From Balanoglossus misakiensis (lineage: Eukaryota > Animalia > Hemichordata), in contig JBECUI020000026.1 of the NCBI GenBank assembly GCA_040954595.2, positions 62,001-126,000 of the forward strand: a DNA stretch of 64,000 bases. Reading direction: 5' to 3'. The notes beneath the pieces are model-generated. The model was not told the DNA's origin. It was given only the letters and a program-made list of their open reading frames with translations, and made no database searches. Every line of letters begins with the position of its first letter. Within the stretch, counting starts at the first letter, position 1. This document shows positions 15,001 through 29,009 of this stretch, piece after piece. Position numbers and translations under genes: made by a program.

Positions 15001-18000
15001 TTTGATGATTTTCACCCATGATTTTCTTCAAAAATCGACGAAATTTTGAGATTTTGCAAAGTCGAAAATTTGTCATTTTTTGATGATTTTCACCTATGAT
15101 TTTTTTCAAAAATCAACAAAATTTTGAGATTTTGCAACGTCGAAAATTTGTCATTTTTTTGATGATTTTCACCCATGATTTTTTTCAAAAATCGACGAAA
15201 TTTTGAGATTTTGCAAAGTCGAAAATTTGTCATTTTTTGATGATTTTCACCGATGATATTTTTCAAAAATCGAAAAAATTTTGAGATTTTGCAAAGTCGA
15301 AAATTTGTCATTTTTTGATGATTTTCACCCATGATTTTCTTCAAAAATCGACGAAATTTTGAGATTTTGCAAAGTCGAAAATTTGTCATTTTTTGATGAT
15401 TTTCACCTATGATTTTTGTCAAAAATCAACAAAATTTTGAGATTTTGCAACGTCGAAAATTTGTCATTTTTTGATGATTTTCACCCGTTTTTTTTTCAAA
15501 ATTTGTCATTTTTTGATGATTTTCACCCGGTTTTTTTTCAAAAATGGACGAAATTTTGAGATTTTGCAAAGACGAAAATTTGTCATTTTTTGATGATTTT
15601 CACCCATGATTTTTTTTCAAAAATCGACGAAATTTTGAGATTTTGCAAAGTCGTAAATGTGTCATTTTTTGATGATTTTCACCCGTTTTTTTTTCAAAAT
15701 TTGTCATTTTTTGATGATTTTCACCCATGTTTTTTTTAAAAAAATCGACGAACCTATGATTTTTTTCAAAATCGACGAAATTTTGTGATTTTACAAAGTC
15801 GAAAATGTGTCATTTTTTGATGATTTTCACCCGTTTTTTTTCAAAATTTGTCATTTTTTGATGATTTTCACCCGTTTTTTTTTCAAAAATCGACGAAATT
15901 TTGAGATTTTGCAAAGTCGAAAATGTGTCATTTTTTGATGATTTTCACCCGTTTTTTTTTCAAAATTTGTCATTTTTTGATGATTTTCACCCTTTTTTTT
16001 TTTAAAAAATCGACGAACCTATGATTTTTTTCAAAATCGACGAAATTTTGTGATTTTACAAAGTCGAAAATTTTGTCATTTTTTGATGATTTTCAGCCAT
16101 GATTTTTTTTCAAAAATCGACGAAAATTTGAGATTTTGCAAAGACGAAAATTTGTCATTTTTTGATGATTTTCACCCATGATTTTTTTTCAAAAATCGAC
16201 GAAATTTTGAGATTTTGCAAAGAGGAAAATTTGTCATTTTTTCATGATTTTCCCCCATGATTTTTTTCAAAAATCGACGAAATTTTGAGATTTTGCAAAG
16301 TCGAAAATTTTGTCATTTTTTGATGATTTTCAACCATGATTTTTTTCAAAAATTGACGAAAATTTGAGATTTTGCAAAGATGAAAATTTGTCATTTTTGA
16401 AGATTTTTACCTATAATTTTTTTTCAGAAATGGACAAAATTTGAGATTTTGCAAAGACGAAAATTTGTCATTTTTTGATGATTTTCACCCATGATTTTTT
16501 TTCAAAAATCGACGAAATTTTGAGATTTTGCAAAGTCGAAAATGTGTCATTTTTTGATGATTTTCACCCGTTTTTTTTCAAAATTTGTCATTTTTTGATG
16601 ATTTTTACCCATGATTTTTTTTCAAAAATGGACGAAATTTTGTGATTTTGCAAAGTCGAAAATTTGTTATTTTTTGATGATTTTCACCCATGTCTTTTTT
16701 TAAAAATCGACGAAATTTTGAGATTTTGCAAAGAGGAAAATTTGTCATTTTTTCATGATTTTCCCCCATGATTTTTTTCAAAACTCGACGAAATTTTGAG
16801 ATTTTGCAAAGATGAAAATTTGTCATTTTTGATGATTTTTACCCATTATTTTGTTTCAGAAATGGACGAAATTTTGAGATTTTGCAAAGACGAATATTTG
16901 TCATTTTTTGATGATTTTCACCCATGATTTTTTTTCAAAAATCGACGAAATTTTGAGATTTTGCAAAGTCGAAAATGTGTCATTTTTTGATGATTTTCAC
17001 CCGTTTTCTTTTCAAAATTTGTCATTTTTTGATGATTTTTACCCATGATTTTTTTTCAAAAATGGACGAAATTTTGAGATTTTGCAAAGTCGAAAATTTG
17101 TTATTTTTTGATGATTTTCACCCATGTCTTTTTTTAAAAATCGACGAAATTTTGAGATTTTGCAAAGAGGAAAATTTGTCATTTTTTCATGATTTTCCCC
17201 CATGATTTTTTCAAAAATCGACGAAATTTTGAGATTTTGCAAAGTTGAAAATGTGTCATTTTTTGATGATTTTCACCCGTTTTTTTTCAAAAATCGACGA
17301 AATTTTGAGATTTTGCAAAATCGAAAATTTGTCATTTTTTGATGATTTTCCCCCATGATTTTTTTTTAAAAATGGACGAAATTTTGAGATTTTGCAAAGA
17401 CGAAAATTTGTCATTTTTGATGATTTTTACCCATGATTTTTTTTCAAAAATCGACGAAATTTTGAGATTTTGCAAAGTCGAAAATGTGTCATTTTTTGAT
17501 GATTTTCACCCGTTTTCTTTTCAAAATTTGTCATTTTTTGATGATTTTTACCCATGATTTTTTTTCAAAAATGGACGAAATTTTGAGATTTTGCAAAGTC
17601 GAAAATTTGTTATTTTTTGATGATTTTCACCCATGTCTTTTTTTAAAAATCGACGAAATTTTGAGATTTTGCAAAGAGGAAAATTTGTCATTTTTTCATG
17701 ATTTTCCCCCATGATTTTTTCAAAAATCGACGAAATTTTGAGATTTTGCAAAGTTGAAAATGTGTCATTTTTTGATGATTTTCACCCGTTTTTTTTCAAA
17801 ATCGACGAAATTTTGAGATTTTGCAAAATCGAAAATTTGTCATTTTTTGATGATTTTCCCCCATGATTTTTTTTCAAAAATTGACGAAAATTTGAGATTT
17901 TGCAAAGATGAAAATTTGTCATTTTTGAAGATTTTTACCTATAATTTTTTTTCAGAAATGGACAAAATTTGAGATTTTGCAAAGACGAAAATTTGTCATT

Positions 18001-21000
18001 TTTTGATGATTTTCACCCATGATTTTTTTTCAAAAATCGACGAAATTTTGAGATTTTGCAAAGTCGAAAATGTGTCATTTTTTGATGATTTTCACCCGTT
18101 TTTTTTTCAAAATTTGTCATTTTTTGATGATTTTTACCCATGATTTTTTTTCAAAAATGGACGAAATTTTGAGATTTTGCAAAGTCGAAAATTTGTTATT
18201 TTTTGATGATTTTCACCCATGTCTTTTTTTAAAAATCGACGAAATTTTGAGATTTTGCAAAGAGGAAAATTTGTCATTTTTTCATGATTTTCCCCCATGA
18301 TTTTTTTCAAAACTCGACGAAATTTTGAGATTTTGCAAAGATGAAAATTTGTCATTTTTGATGATTTTTACCCATTATTTTGTTTCAGAAATGGACGAAA
18401 TTTTGAGATTTTGCAAAGACGAATATTTGTCATTATTTGATGATTTTCACCCATGATTTTTTTTCAAGAATCGACGAAATTTTGAGATTTTGCAAAGTCG
18501 AAAATGTGTCATTTTTTGATGATTTTCACCCGTTTTCTTTTCAAAATTTGTCATTTTTTGATGATTTTTACCCATGATTTTTTTTCAAAAATGGACGAAA
18601 TTTTGAGATTTTGCAAAGTCGAAAATTTGTTATTTTTTGATGATTTTCACCCATGTCTTTTTTTAAAAATCGACGAAATTTTGAGATTTTGCAAAGAGGA
18701 AAATTTGTCATTTTTTCATGATTTTCCCCCATGATTTTTTCAAAAATCGACGAAATTTTGAGATTTTGCAAAGTTGAAAATGTGTCATTTTTTGATGATT
18801 TTCACCCGTTTTTTTTCAAAAATCGACGAAATTTTGAGATTTTGCAAAATCGAAAATTTGTCATTTTTTGATGATTTTCCCCCATGATTTTTTTTCAAAA
18901 ATTGACGAAAATTTGAGATTTTGCAAAGATGAAAATTTGTCATTTTTGAAGATTTTTACCTATAATTTTTTTTCAGAAATGGACAAAATTTGAGATTTTG
19001 CAAAGACGAAAATTTGTCATTTTTTGATGATTTTCACCCATGATTTTTTCAAAAATTGACGAAATTTTGAGATTTTGCAAAGTCGAAAATTTGTCATTTT
19101 TTGATGATTTTCCCCCGTTTTTTTTTTTAAATGGACGAAATGTTGAGATTTTGCAAAGACGAAAATTTGTCATTTTTTGATGATTTTCACCCATGATTTT
19201 TTCAAAAATTGACGAAATTTTGAGATTTTGCAAAGTCGAAAATTTGTCATTTTTTGATGATTTTCACACATGATTTTTTTCAAAAATCGACGAAATTGTG
19301 AGATTTTGCAAAGACGAAAATTTGTCATTTTTTGATGATTTTCACCCATGATTTTTTTCAAAAATCGACGAAATGTTGAGATTTTGCAGTCAAAAATTTG
19401 TCATTTTTTGATGATTTTCACCCATATTATTTTTCAAAAACCGACGAAATTTTGAGATTTTGCAAAGACGAAAATTTGTCATTTTTTGATGATTTTCACC
19501 CATGATTTTTTTCAAAAATCGACGAAATTTTTAGATTTTGCAAAGTCGAAAATTTGTCATTTTTTGATGATTTTCCCCCGTTTTTTTTCAAAAATTGACG
19601 AAATTTTGAGATTTTGCAAAGTCGAAAATGTGTCATTTTTTGATGATTTTCACCCGTTTTTTTTTCAAAATTTGTCATTTTTTGATGATTTTTACCCATG
19701 ATTTTTTTTCAAAAATGGACGAAATTTTGAGATTTTGCAAAGTCGAAAATTTGTTATTTTTTGATGATTTTCACCCATGTCTTTTTTTAAAAATCGACGA
19801 AATTTTGAGATTTTGCAAAGAGGAAAATTTGTCATTTTTTCATGATTTTCCCCCATGATTTTTTTCAAAACTCGACGAAATTTTGAGATTTTGCAAAGAT
19901 GAAAATTTGTCATTTTTGATGATTTTTACCCATTATTTTGTTTCAGAAATGGACGAAATTTTGAGATTTTGCAAAGACGAATATTTGTCATTTTTTGATG
20001 ATTTTCACCCATGATTTTTTTTCAAAAATCGACGAAATTTTGAGATTTTGCAAAGTCGAAAATGTGTCATTTTTTGATGATTTTCACCCGTTTTCTTTTC
20101 AAAATTTGTCATTTTTTGATGATTTTTACCCATGATTTTTTTTCAAAAATGGACGAAATTTTGAGATTTTGCAAAGTCGAAAATTTGTTATTTTTTGATC
20201 ATTTTCACCCATGTCTTTTTTTAAAAATCGACCAAATTTTGAGATTTTGCAAAGAGGAAAATTTGTCATTTTTTCATGATTTTCCCCCATGATTTTTTCA
20301 AAAATCGACGAAATTTTGAGATTTTGCAAAGTTGAAAATGTGTCATTTTTTGATGATTTTCACCCGTTTTTTTTCAAAAATCGACGAAATTTTGAGATTT
20401 TGCAAAATCGAAAATTTGTCATTTTTTGATGATTTTCCCCCATGATTTTTTTTTAAAAATGGACGAAATTTTGAGATTTTGCAAAGACGAAAATTTGTCA
20501 TTTTTGATGATTTTTACCCATGATTTTTTTTCAAAAATCGACGAAATTTTGAGATTTTGCAAAGTCGAAAATGTGTCATTTTTTGATGATTTTCACCCGT
20601 TTTCTTTTCAAAATTTGTCATTTTTTGATGATTTTTACCCATGATTTTTTTTCAAAAATGGACGAAATTTTGAGATTTTGCAAAGTCGAAAATTTGTTAT
20701 TTTTTGATGATTTTCACCCATGTCTTTTTTTAAAAATCGACGAAATTTTGAGATTTTGCAAAGAGGAAAATTTGTCATTTTTTCATGATTTTCCCCCATG
20801 ATTTTTTCAAAAATCGACGAAATTTTGAGATTTTGCAAAGTTGAAAATGTGTCATTTTTTGATGATTTTCACCCGTTTTTTTTCAAAAATCGACGAAATT
20901 TTGAGATTTTGCAAAATCGAAAATTTGTCATTTTTTGATGATTTTCCCCCATGATTTTTTTTTTAAAATGGACGAAATTTTGAGATTTTGCAAAGACGAA

Positions 21001-23908
21001 AATTTGTCATTTTTGATGATTTTTACCCATGATTTTTTTTTCAAAAATGGACGAAATTTTGAGATTTTGCTAAGACGAAAAATTTTCATTTTTTGATGAT
21101 TTTCACCCATGATTTTTTTTCAAAAATCGACGAAATTTTGAGATTTTGCAAAGTCGTAAATGTGTCATTTTTTGATCATTTTCACCCGTTTTTTTTTCAA
21201 AATTTGTCATTTTTTGATGATTTTCACCCATGATATTTTTCAAAAATCGAAAAAATTTTGAGATTTTGCAAAGTCGAAAATTTGTCATTTTTTGATGATT
21301 TTCACCCATGATTTTCTTCAAAAATCGACGAAATTTTGAGATTTTGCAAAGTCGAAAATTTGTCATTTTTTGATGATTTTCACCTATGATTTTTGTCAAA
21401 AATCAACAAAATTTGAGATTTTGCAACGTCGAAAATTTGTCATTTTTTTGATGATTTTCACCCATGATTTTTTTCAAAAATCAACAAAATTTGAGATTTT
21501 GCAACGTCGAAAATTTGTCATTTTTTGATGATTTTCACCCATGATTTTTTTCAAAAATCGACGAAATTTTGAGATTTTGCAACGTCGAAAATGTGTCATT
21601 TTTTGATGATTTTCACCCGTTTTTTTTTCAAAATTTGTCATTTTTTGATGATTTTCACCAATGATATTTTTCAAAAATCGAAAAAATTTTGAGATTTTGC
21701 AAAGTCGAAAATTTGTCGTTTTTTGATGATTTTCACCCATGATTTTCTTCAAAAATCGACGAAATTTTGAGATTTTGCAAAGTCGAAAATTTGTCATTTT
21801 TTGATGATTTTCACCTATGATTTTTTTCAAAAATCAACAAAATTTTGAGATTTTGCAACGTCGAAAATTTGTCATTTTTTTGATGATTTTCACCCATGAT
21901 TTTTTTCAAAAATCGACGAAATTTTGAGATTTTGCAAAGTCGAAAATTTGTCATTTTTTGATGATTTTCACCGATGATATTTTTCAAAAATCGAAAAAAT
22001 TTTGAGATTTTGCAAAGTCGAAAATTTGTCATTTTTTGATGATTTTCACCCATGATTTTCTTCAAAAATCGACGAAATTTTGAGATTTTGCAAAGTCGAA
22101 AATTTGTCATTTTTTGATGATTTTCACCAATGATATTTTTCAAAAATCGAAAAAATTTTGAGATTTTGCAAAGTCGAAAATTTGTCATTTTTTGATGATT
22201 TTCACCCATGATTTTCTTCAAAAATCGACGAAATTTTGAGATTTTGCAAAGTCGAAAATTTGTCATTTTTTGATGATTTTCACCCATGATTTTTTTTCAA
22301 AAATCGACGAAAATTTGAGATTTTGCAAAGTCGTAAATGTGTCATTTTTTGATCATTTTCACCCGTTTTTTTTTCAAAATTTGTCATTTTTTGATGATTT
22401 TCACCAATGATATTTTTCAAAAATCGAAAAAATTTTGAGATTTTGCAAAGTCGAAAATTTGTAATTTTTTGATGATTTTCACCCATGATTTTCTTCAAAA
22501 ATCGACGAAATTTTGAGATTTTGCAAAGTCGAAAATTTGTCATTTTTTGATGATTTTCACCTATGATTTTTGTCAAAAATCAACAAAATTTTGAGATTTT
22601 GCAACGTCGAAAATTTGTCATTTTTTTGATGATTTTCACCCATGATTTTTTTCAAAAATCGACGAAATTTTGAGATTTTGCAAAGTCGAAAATTTGTCAT
22701 TTTTTGATGATTTTCACCGATGATTTTTTTCAACAATCGAAAAAATTTTGAGATTTTGCGAAGTCGAAAATGTGTCATTTTTTGATGATTTTCACCCGTT
22801 TTTTTTTCAAAATATGTCATTTTTTGATGATTTTCACCAATGATATTTTTCAAAAATCGAAAAAATTTTGAGATTTTGCAAAGTCGAAAATTTGTCATTT
22901 TTTGATGATTTTCACCCATGATTTTCTTCAAAAATCGACGAAATTTTGAGATTTTGCAAAGTCGAAAATTTGTCATTTTTTGATGATTTTCACCTATGAT
23001 TTTTTTCAAAAATCAACAAAATTTTGAGATTTTGCAACGTCGAAAATTTGTCATTTTTTTGATGATTTTCACCCATGATTTTTTTCAAAAATCGACGAAA
23101 TTTTGAAATTTTGCAAAGTCGAAAATTTGTCATTTTTTGATGATTTTCACCGATGATTTTTTTCAACAATCGAAAAAATTTTGAGATTTTGCAAAGTCGA
23201 AAATTTGTCATTTTTTGATGATTTTCACCGATGATTTTTACTCAAAATTGACGAAATTTTGAGATTTTGCAAAGTCGAAAATTTGTCATTTTTTGATGAT
23301 TTTCCCCCATGTTTTTTTTTTAAAAATGGACGAAATTTTGAGATTTTGCAAAGTCGAAAATTTGTCATTTTTTGATGATTTTTACCCATGTTTTTTTTCA
23401 AAAATCTACGAAATTTTGAGATTTTGCAAAGTCGAAAATTTGCCATTTTTTGATGATTTTCACCCATGTCTTTTTTCAAAAATCGAAAAAATTTTGAGAT
23501 TTTGCAAAGTCGAAAATTTGTCATTTTTTGATGATTTTCACCCATGATTTTCTTCAAAAATCGACGAAATTTTGAGATTTTGCAAAGTCGAAAATTTGTC
23601 ATTTTTTGATGATTTTCACCTATGATTTTTTTCAAAAATCAACAAAATTTTGAGATTTTGCAAAGTCGAAAATTAGTCATTTTTTTGATGATTTTCACCC
23701 ATGATTTTTTTCAAAAATCGACGAAATTTTGAGATTTTGCAAAGTCGAAAATTTGTCATTTTTTGATGATTTTCACCCATGATTTTTTTCAAAATTGACG
23801 AAATTTTGAGATTTTGCAAAGTCGAAAATTTCTCATTTTTTGATGCATTTTCACCCATGATTTTTTTTCAAAAATCGACGAAATTTTGAGATTTTGCAAA
23901 GTCGAAAA
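1..23908. repeat. Tandem satellite DNA array, ~78-bp monomer, with higher-order repeats; open at the left window edge
   Basis: Continuous head-to-tail consensus CAAAAATCGACGAAATTTTGAGATTTTGCAAAGTCGAAAATTTGTCATTTTTTGATGATTTTCACCCATGATTTTTTT (e.g. monomer starts at 241 and 318; 26-aa period in the minus-strand pseudo-ORFs). Ends abruptly at ...GCAAAGTCGAAAA|CAAGCATC. Confidence 0.98.
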
Positions 23909-25436
23909 CAAGCATCGTCCGATTCGAATTCGACTCGTCATCGGTAGCTTTGTTTATTTCGCCCTTGGAGACCTCCCCTGGCCTCGTTAGGATGACTGTT
24001 ACCAGGACTACCTTAAACCAATCTTTTCGAACCGGACGGTACACACGTCATGTCTTTGTTAATTGTCCAGGTACCAGAGTGTACGTGTGGGCTCCCTAAA
24101 CCACTCATTGGCGGCCGGTCCCTGTCCGAATAAACACGTTTGACAGACAAAAAATGATGAACAAGTGGCTTATTTCAATACTTCGTTAACTAGACGGCTG
24201 AACTCTGAATGTTGATTCAGCAAAAAAAATGTGTTTACGGCAAGGTTTCGATCAATACGACACATTTACCATTGAAAACGCCCAAAGTAAGTGGGGGCGT
24301 TTGACCATCAATCAAAACCACGCCCAGGTGCATGTGAACGGCCGAAGCAGTGTAACGTTTCACATTCCGTGCAACGTCCGACACTGTGTGAAAGCGGTTG
24401 CTGTCGGGTGGCTTGACCTAATTTTCGTACATTGATATGCATTTGACACCTCACTACCTGTTTTCTCAATATTGCTAAAACTTTGCGTTGAAATATCACT
24501 GAAATGTTGATGATCCACGCACAAGTCGTCTACCCCGGCATGAAAAGCGTCTTATACAAGAAAACTAATTGCACATGACCACCAAGGTCATACCGCAAGG
24601 TGTGTCTAAATGTCAAGGAAGGACACTTGGGTCAAGAACGACCATGACGGAGGAAAAACCGACAAGTCATTGTGTAACCTGTTTACTTGCCAATAGTCAA
24701 ACGTCAAAATTTACTCTCAACTTGGTTGCAGATCGAGTCTCCCGAATTTCCAACTTTTATGATTGGGTAAATACCGATATGCGACTGGTATGCGACGCGT
24801 TGACGACGCGAAGATTTTGTTGAAATCAAATGGTTTGTCAAATGTCATCTCACACTGGAGATACCGTGGTCATCTGACATGAAAGGGTTCGATTGGGTCT
24901 GACCGCCGTCGTTCATCCATGCTTAGAAAGCGGCGATCATGGTACAAAGTAAAACCAAGGTCAAACCTTACTGAACACATGTATTGCATGGGGAAACTTT
25001 TCTCCCTGTCTGTGTACTGAACACGTACCGTGATTGCCATAGTTACAAACGTTACCACGTGAGAGAGATTGCATTTTACATCTGTCTTTTCAATTTTGTT
25101 GCTTTCTTACTATTCGGAATGATGGAGTCGAAACGAAAACTTTTTGCTTCAGGTGGACCTAGGGGAAATACCTTATTTGTGACTTTTTTCATGACCCTAA
25201 AAAGACGTCGGAATTAATGTGGCTGAGGTCACTCAGGACGACGGAATGGTTGAGCGATTTTATTTTATGAGCTCCCACTAGTATTTGTTTTATTGTTTCG
25301 GCAGTGTGCCGCGTTATTCGAGCAATCTGCAGTCTGAAAACGAACGGTTTTCAAAGTTTATAACAGAAGAACAGGGGTTTAAGCATGAAAGGTCCTTTTG
25401 TCTCCCTCGCTGTGTTTGTGTCACTGTGTCTTTGAC

Positions 25437-25632
25437 GTCTGACTGACTGATTAACTGGCTGACTGACTTACTGACTGTCTGTCAACGTCTGTCTGTCTGA
25501 CTGTCTGCCCCCTCGCTCTGAGAGAGAGAGTGAGCGAGCGAGCGAGCGACCGGTGAGTGTCTCTACTGATGAATGTTGCTCTGTCTGTCTGCTTGTGTCT
25601 GTCTGCCACTCTGCCTGTTTCACTCTGTCTCT
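25437..25632. repeat. Compound microsatellite (GACT/GTCT)n-(GA)n-(GAGC)n
   Basis: Directly visible runs: gactgactga, gtctgtctga, agagagagag, gagcgagcgagcgagc. Confidence 0.85.
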
Positions 25633-26414
25633 CCTAATTTCTTTAAAATTAGGGATATGCTATTAATGCGATATGAAAGTCAGACACGACGGAAACCTTT
25701 TATTCTCAAAACTGTCTGTTGTTTGCTGTTAAATATTGCAAAAGGTTAAGGGCCCTTTTCGCACGAGACACATGGTTTTGCAGCCGTAGCTCCCAATGTC
25801 ATAACGATTACCCGAACTACCCTAATTTTAGCCCGCCGACCCAAAACAGTTTAGATCTTCGCAAACCGGAAGTAAAAATAACGATGTCAAATATAAAACA
25901 ATTCATGAAAATTGCGAGAATCACGCAAGATCTATGATGTCATTCTTCTACACTACGACGGCCAAAGATATAAAAAAAATTGAAAAATAAAAAAATGTCC
26001 CTTTCTACCTACAATATTTTTGAAAACCATGTAATCGGAATAGCACATATTAGTTTTTTTGGCATGAGACATATCCAATTTCCCAACTGAACATGACACG
26101 TGATCAAGCATTTTCGACTTATCAGATGCAATCGCTGAACACCTCACACTGAGCGAGGTTTTGTCTGTCTTTATACGCGCCCTTTGTATTTGTGCGTGAC
26201 ATGTCCAAGCCTTGTTAGGAACTCCCGTAAAATTCTACTCAAATGATGTATACTTTCATACTTACGACTGACAGGTATTTTCAGCGTTGCCAGCTGATTG
26301 TTTGTCAGGTACCGCTTTATAACAAGACGCCCCTCTGAGTTGATAACCTGCAATGTAACATCATTCAATTGGTCTAGTCATGTTAGCATTAGTAAAATGC
26401 TTCAAAAGTGTTAA

Positions 26415-26705
26415 AGGGACATGATACAAGACACCGTTTATGTTAGTGAATGAACGTTCAACCACACACAACTTCCATCCGGCTTGTATGATACGAGAGT
26501 AAAAACTCGCCCGAAATGAATAAATGGTAGAGACCGTTTATTCATTTTGGCTACTTTTTAAAACTCTCGTGTCTATACAAGCGGGGTGGAAGGTGTGTAT
26601 GGTTGAACGTTGATTCACTATATCCACATGTAGAATAATATAAACGCAGTCTTGTATCAAACATAATTAATGGAAAAAGGGCAGCGAGAGAGAGACTTGG
26701 TCCCT
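26415..26705. mobile_element. Palindromic TTAA-target MITE, family A (Kolobok/T2-type), copy 1, with an internal deletion in the left arm
   Basis: TTAA|AGGGAC...GTCCCT|TTAA with long inverted arms; homologous to 27352-27671 and 48434-48780. RR...YY termini plus TTAA duplication are typical of Kolobok. Confidence 0.85.
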
Positions 26706-26974
26706 TTAATGAATACAGCCACAATGTTCTGTTTATATCTACTGACGGACCAGGCATGGATTGTCACGTATAATTCTTTGAAACGTTTGGTCCTCTGAAG
26801 AAATCTGAGCACTCATCTACTCAGTTTGCTTATTTTGTCTTCCTCCACCAGTCAGTGGTATCGTCCGATTTGATACTCCACTCTAAGCCTCTTTCTGAAT
26901 GGCTCTTTAAGTTGTGATCTGTAAGTCTTAAACCTTTCATCACCCCCCCCCCCCCCCCCCCCCCGTTTCCTCTT

Positions 26975-27347
26975 TAGAGGTCGTCAACTGGTAAACTGTG
27001 CGCCTGTGTCTCTTCCCATAGGAGTACATGGAGAATAGTTAGAAAACTCACTTCTACTATTGTCATTTTCATGAAATTTTACACATAGCTCCGACAAATC
27101 GAAATAAATTCATCACGCTCTATTTTGAGATAAACTTTGTTCAATATTGTATCCATAGACAAACCATTGGTAGAAAATGCTGACCGTTAGCAGTTTTCTT
27201 CAATTGTCGACTAAATTCACGGCCTTGTTTAAAGTCGAAAACAAGTGCAGTGACCCAAAATGGATTTTCATTATACATACAAATCAGAAACGAAAATTCA
27301 CGATTAAAAGAAATGACAATGCTTTCAATTTTACTGATCGTACATCC
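26975..27347. mobile_element. Dispersed repeat family B, probably a TTAA-target non-autonomous DNA transposon
   Basis: Shares TCTTCCCATAGG...TTCTACTATTG...TTTTGAGATAAAC with 36131-36345 (+) and 36788-37031 (-). Ends GTACATCC|TTAA, as does the copy at 37031. Confidence 0.6.
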
Positions 27348-27351
27348 TTAA

Positions 27352-27671
27352 CTCGCTGCCCTTTTCCATGTTTGATACAAAACACCGTTTATATTAATGT
27401 AAATGTGGATATATAGTGATGCAACGTTCAACCGCACACACCTTCTATCCCGCATGTAGACACGAGAGCGAAAACTCGCAAAACTGAAAAATCGGTCTCT
27501 ACCATTAATTCATTTTGGGCGAGTTTTTACTCTCATATCATACAAGCAGGATGGAAGTTGTGTGTGGTTGAACGTTCATTCACTACATATACACATGCCC
27601 ATTAATATAAACGGTGTCTTGTATCAAACATAATTAATAGAAAAGGGCGACGAGAGAGAGAGTTTGTCCCT
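27352..27671. mobile_element. MITE family A, copy 2, left terminus truncated
   Basis: Palindromic arms homologous to 48434-48780; right end TTTGTCCCT|TTAA; abuts the TTAA of family B. Confidence 0.85.
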
Positions 27672-28385
27672 TTAAGGCGACATGATGCATGAAGTGGCGA
27701 GAGATAAACGCGGCTGACCACCGCATTAAACACTGTCAAGCAAGGCACTTCAAATGCCAATTGTTTAAGTGTGTACTAAGTAATAGGTTCATGTACCATG
27801 GGGGGGGGGGGGGGGGGTCAAATCACAACAGTTGGACATGTACGAATATGAAGAGACGATATCAGTTTGTTCATGTCTTCCTTTAGTAAAAAATCTTTTT
27901 TGAACTTTGTATAGAATTCATTGAACTTTACTTTAGCTTATGAACTCTCATTTGCACATCGTCATCTTGAAATTGTGTCGACTTTATCATAAGGTTTTTA
28001 TCACTCAACTAGGTCGCAAAACCTATTTAAGTTAGTGAGAATAGGACGTTCACCTTTTGGGTTGATGTCTACAGCCGTTAATCCTGACTCATACACATGT
28101 TGCAGCCAGTATACTCTGCAGACATTGGACACAATAGTTTCACGAACCATTAAATTTTATTGGACCATCAAGTTTATTGACCCATGACGTTCATATAGAT
28201 TTTATGACACGACTGACGCTATAATCGGTCCTTACCTTCGGCGAGCCAAGTGTTTTATAACATCATAAGATATTAATACCTATCACCCAGTCAAACGATT
28301 TCAAGTTATAAAATTTCCACGCCAATAGGACGCCTTTAGGTGGAAATGCAACCAGGTATCCTAAATAGGAAAATATTCCGGGTAT

Positions 28386-28810
28386 CTGTCAAGTTTAGTC
28401 CCATATTTAGGGGACCAAGAGCCCTCAGGCGCTTGGTCCCCTTCTGTTATTGCTGGAGTTTGTCTTCTTTCTTCTTGAGTCGTTTTTTTGCGCCCGTTTT
28501 TCTCTGAAATTCCGGCAGGTGCGCCTCCAAATTTGGCACGGTGGTTGGGGCCCATGAGTACTGGTGCACCTGCCCTTTGAATTTGTAATTAGTCACGTGA
28601 CTTTGTGGCTATAATCGAGCGAAATTTTCAAATTGACCTAATTTGCACGTTAATGGGGGCATGTACATTCTTTTCGCGATTTTTGTAGACCATGTGGCCA
28701 AAATCCCCTGTGCCAAATTTCAAGGTCCTAGGCCACGTCGATTTTGAGAAGAAGATTTTTGTAATATTTTTTCGCATTTTTTGGTGGGCTGAGGACGGAC
28801 ACTGGGGCAT
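28386..28810 (+). mobile_element. Probable Helentron-associated (HINE/DINE-1-like) non-autonomous element
   Basis: TTTAG, then hairpin GGGACCAAG...CTTGGTCCC, a TTCT-rich microsatellite-like tract, and a body with CAAATTTGGCAC/CCAAATTTCAAG motifs. Classification is by architecture only. Confidence 0.5.
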
Positions 28811-29009
28811 CGGACTTTGACCGTCATTACGTAATGTTGTGGAGATCTCATTAGCAGGCTACTCACTTCTGGCGAGTTGCAGTAGTCCTTGGAAAATCGG
28901 CTGAAATACGTAAACAGACCAGTGATTATTTTCCACGGAATGAATTTTGGGACAACACATTATCGGAGTTCAGGCTGTGTTAGGGCGTTTTATTGAATTA
29001 CGCTGAGTT

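Noticed and set aside
22-23858. About 90 short ORFs (MGENHQKMTNFRLCKISK... etc.)
   Set aside because: They are translations of a 78-bp (26-codon) satellite on both strands, broken by homopolymer-length changes; there is no coding signal.
1-23908. CRISPR-like array
   Set aside because: No unique spacers; whole monomers repeat; eukaryotic context and no cas genes.
23909-26400. Genes or promoter in the satellite-adjacent unique sequence
   Set aside because: Short ORFs without recognisable motifs or convincing splice structure; no tRNA/rRNA/snRNA signature seen.
26944-27817. Poly-C (26944) and poly-G (27800) as inverted termini
   Set aside because: G/C runs are scattered throughout the window, and there is no flanking homology or TSD.
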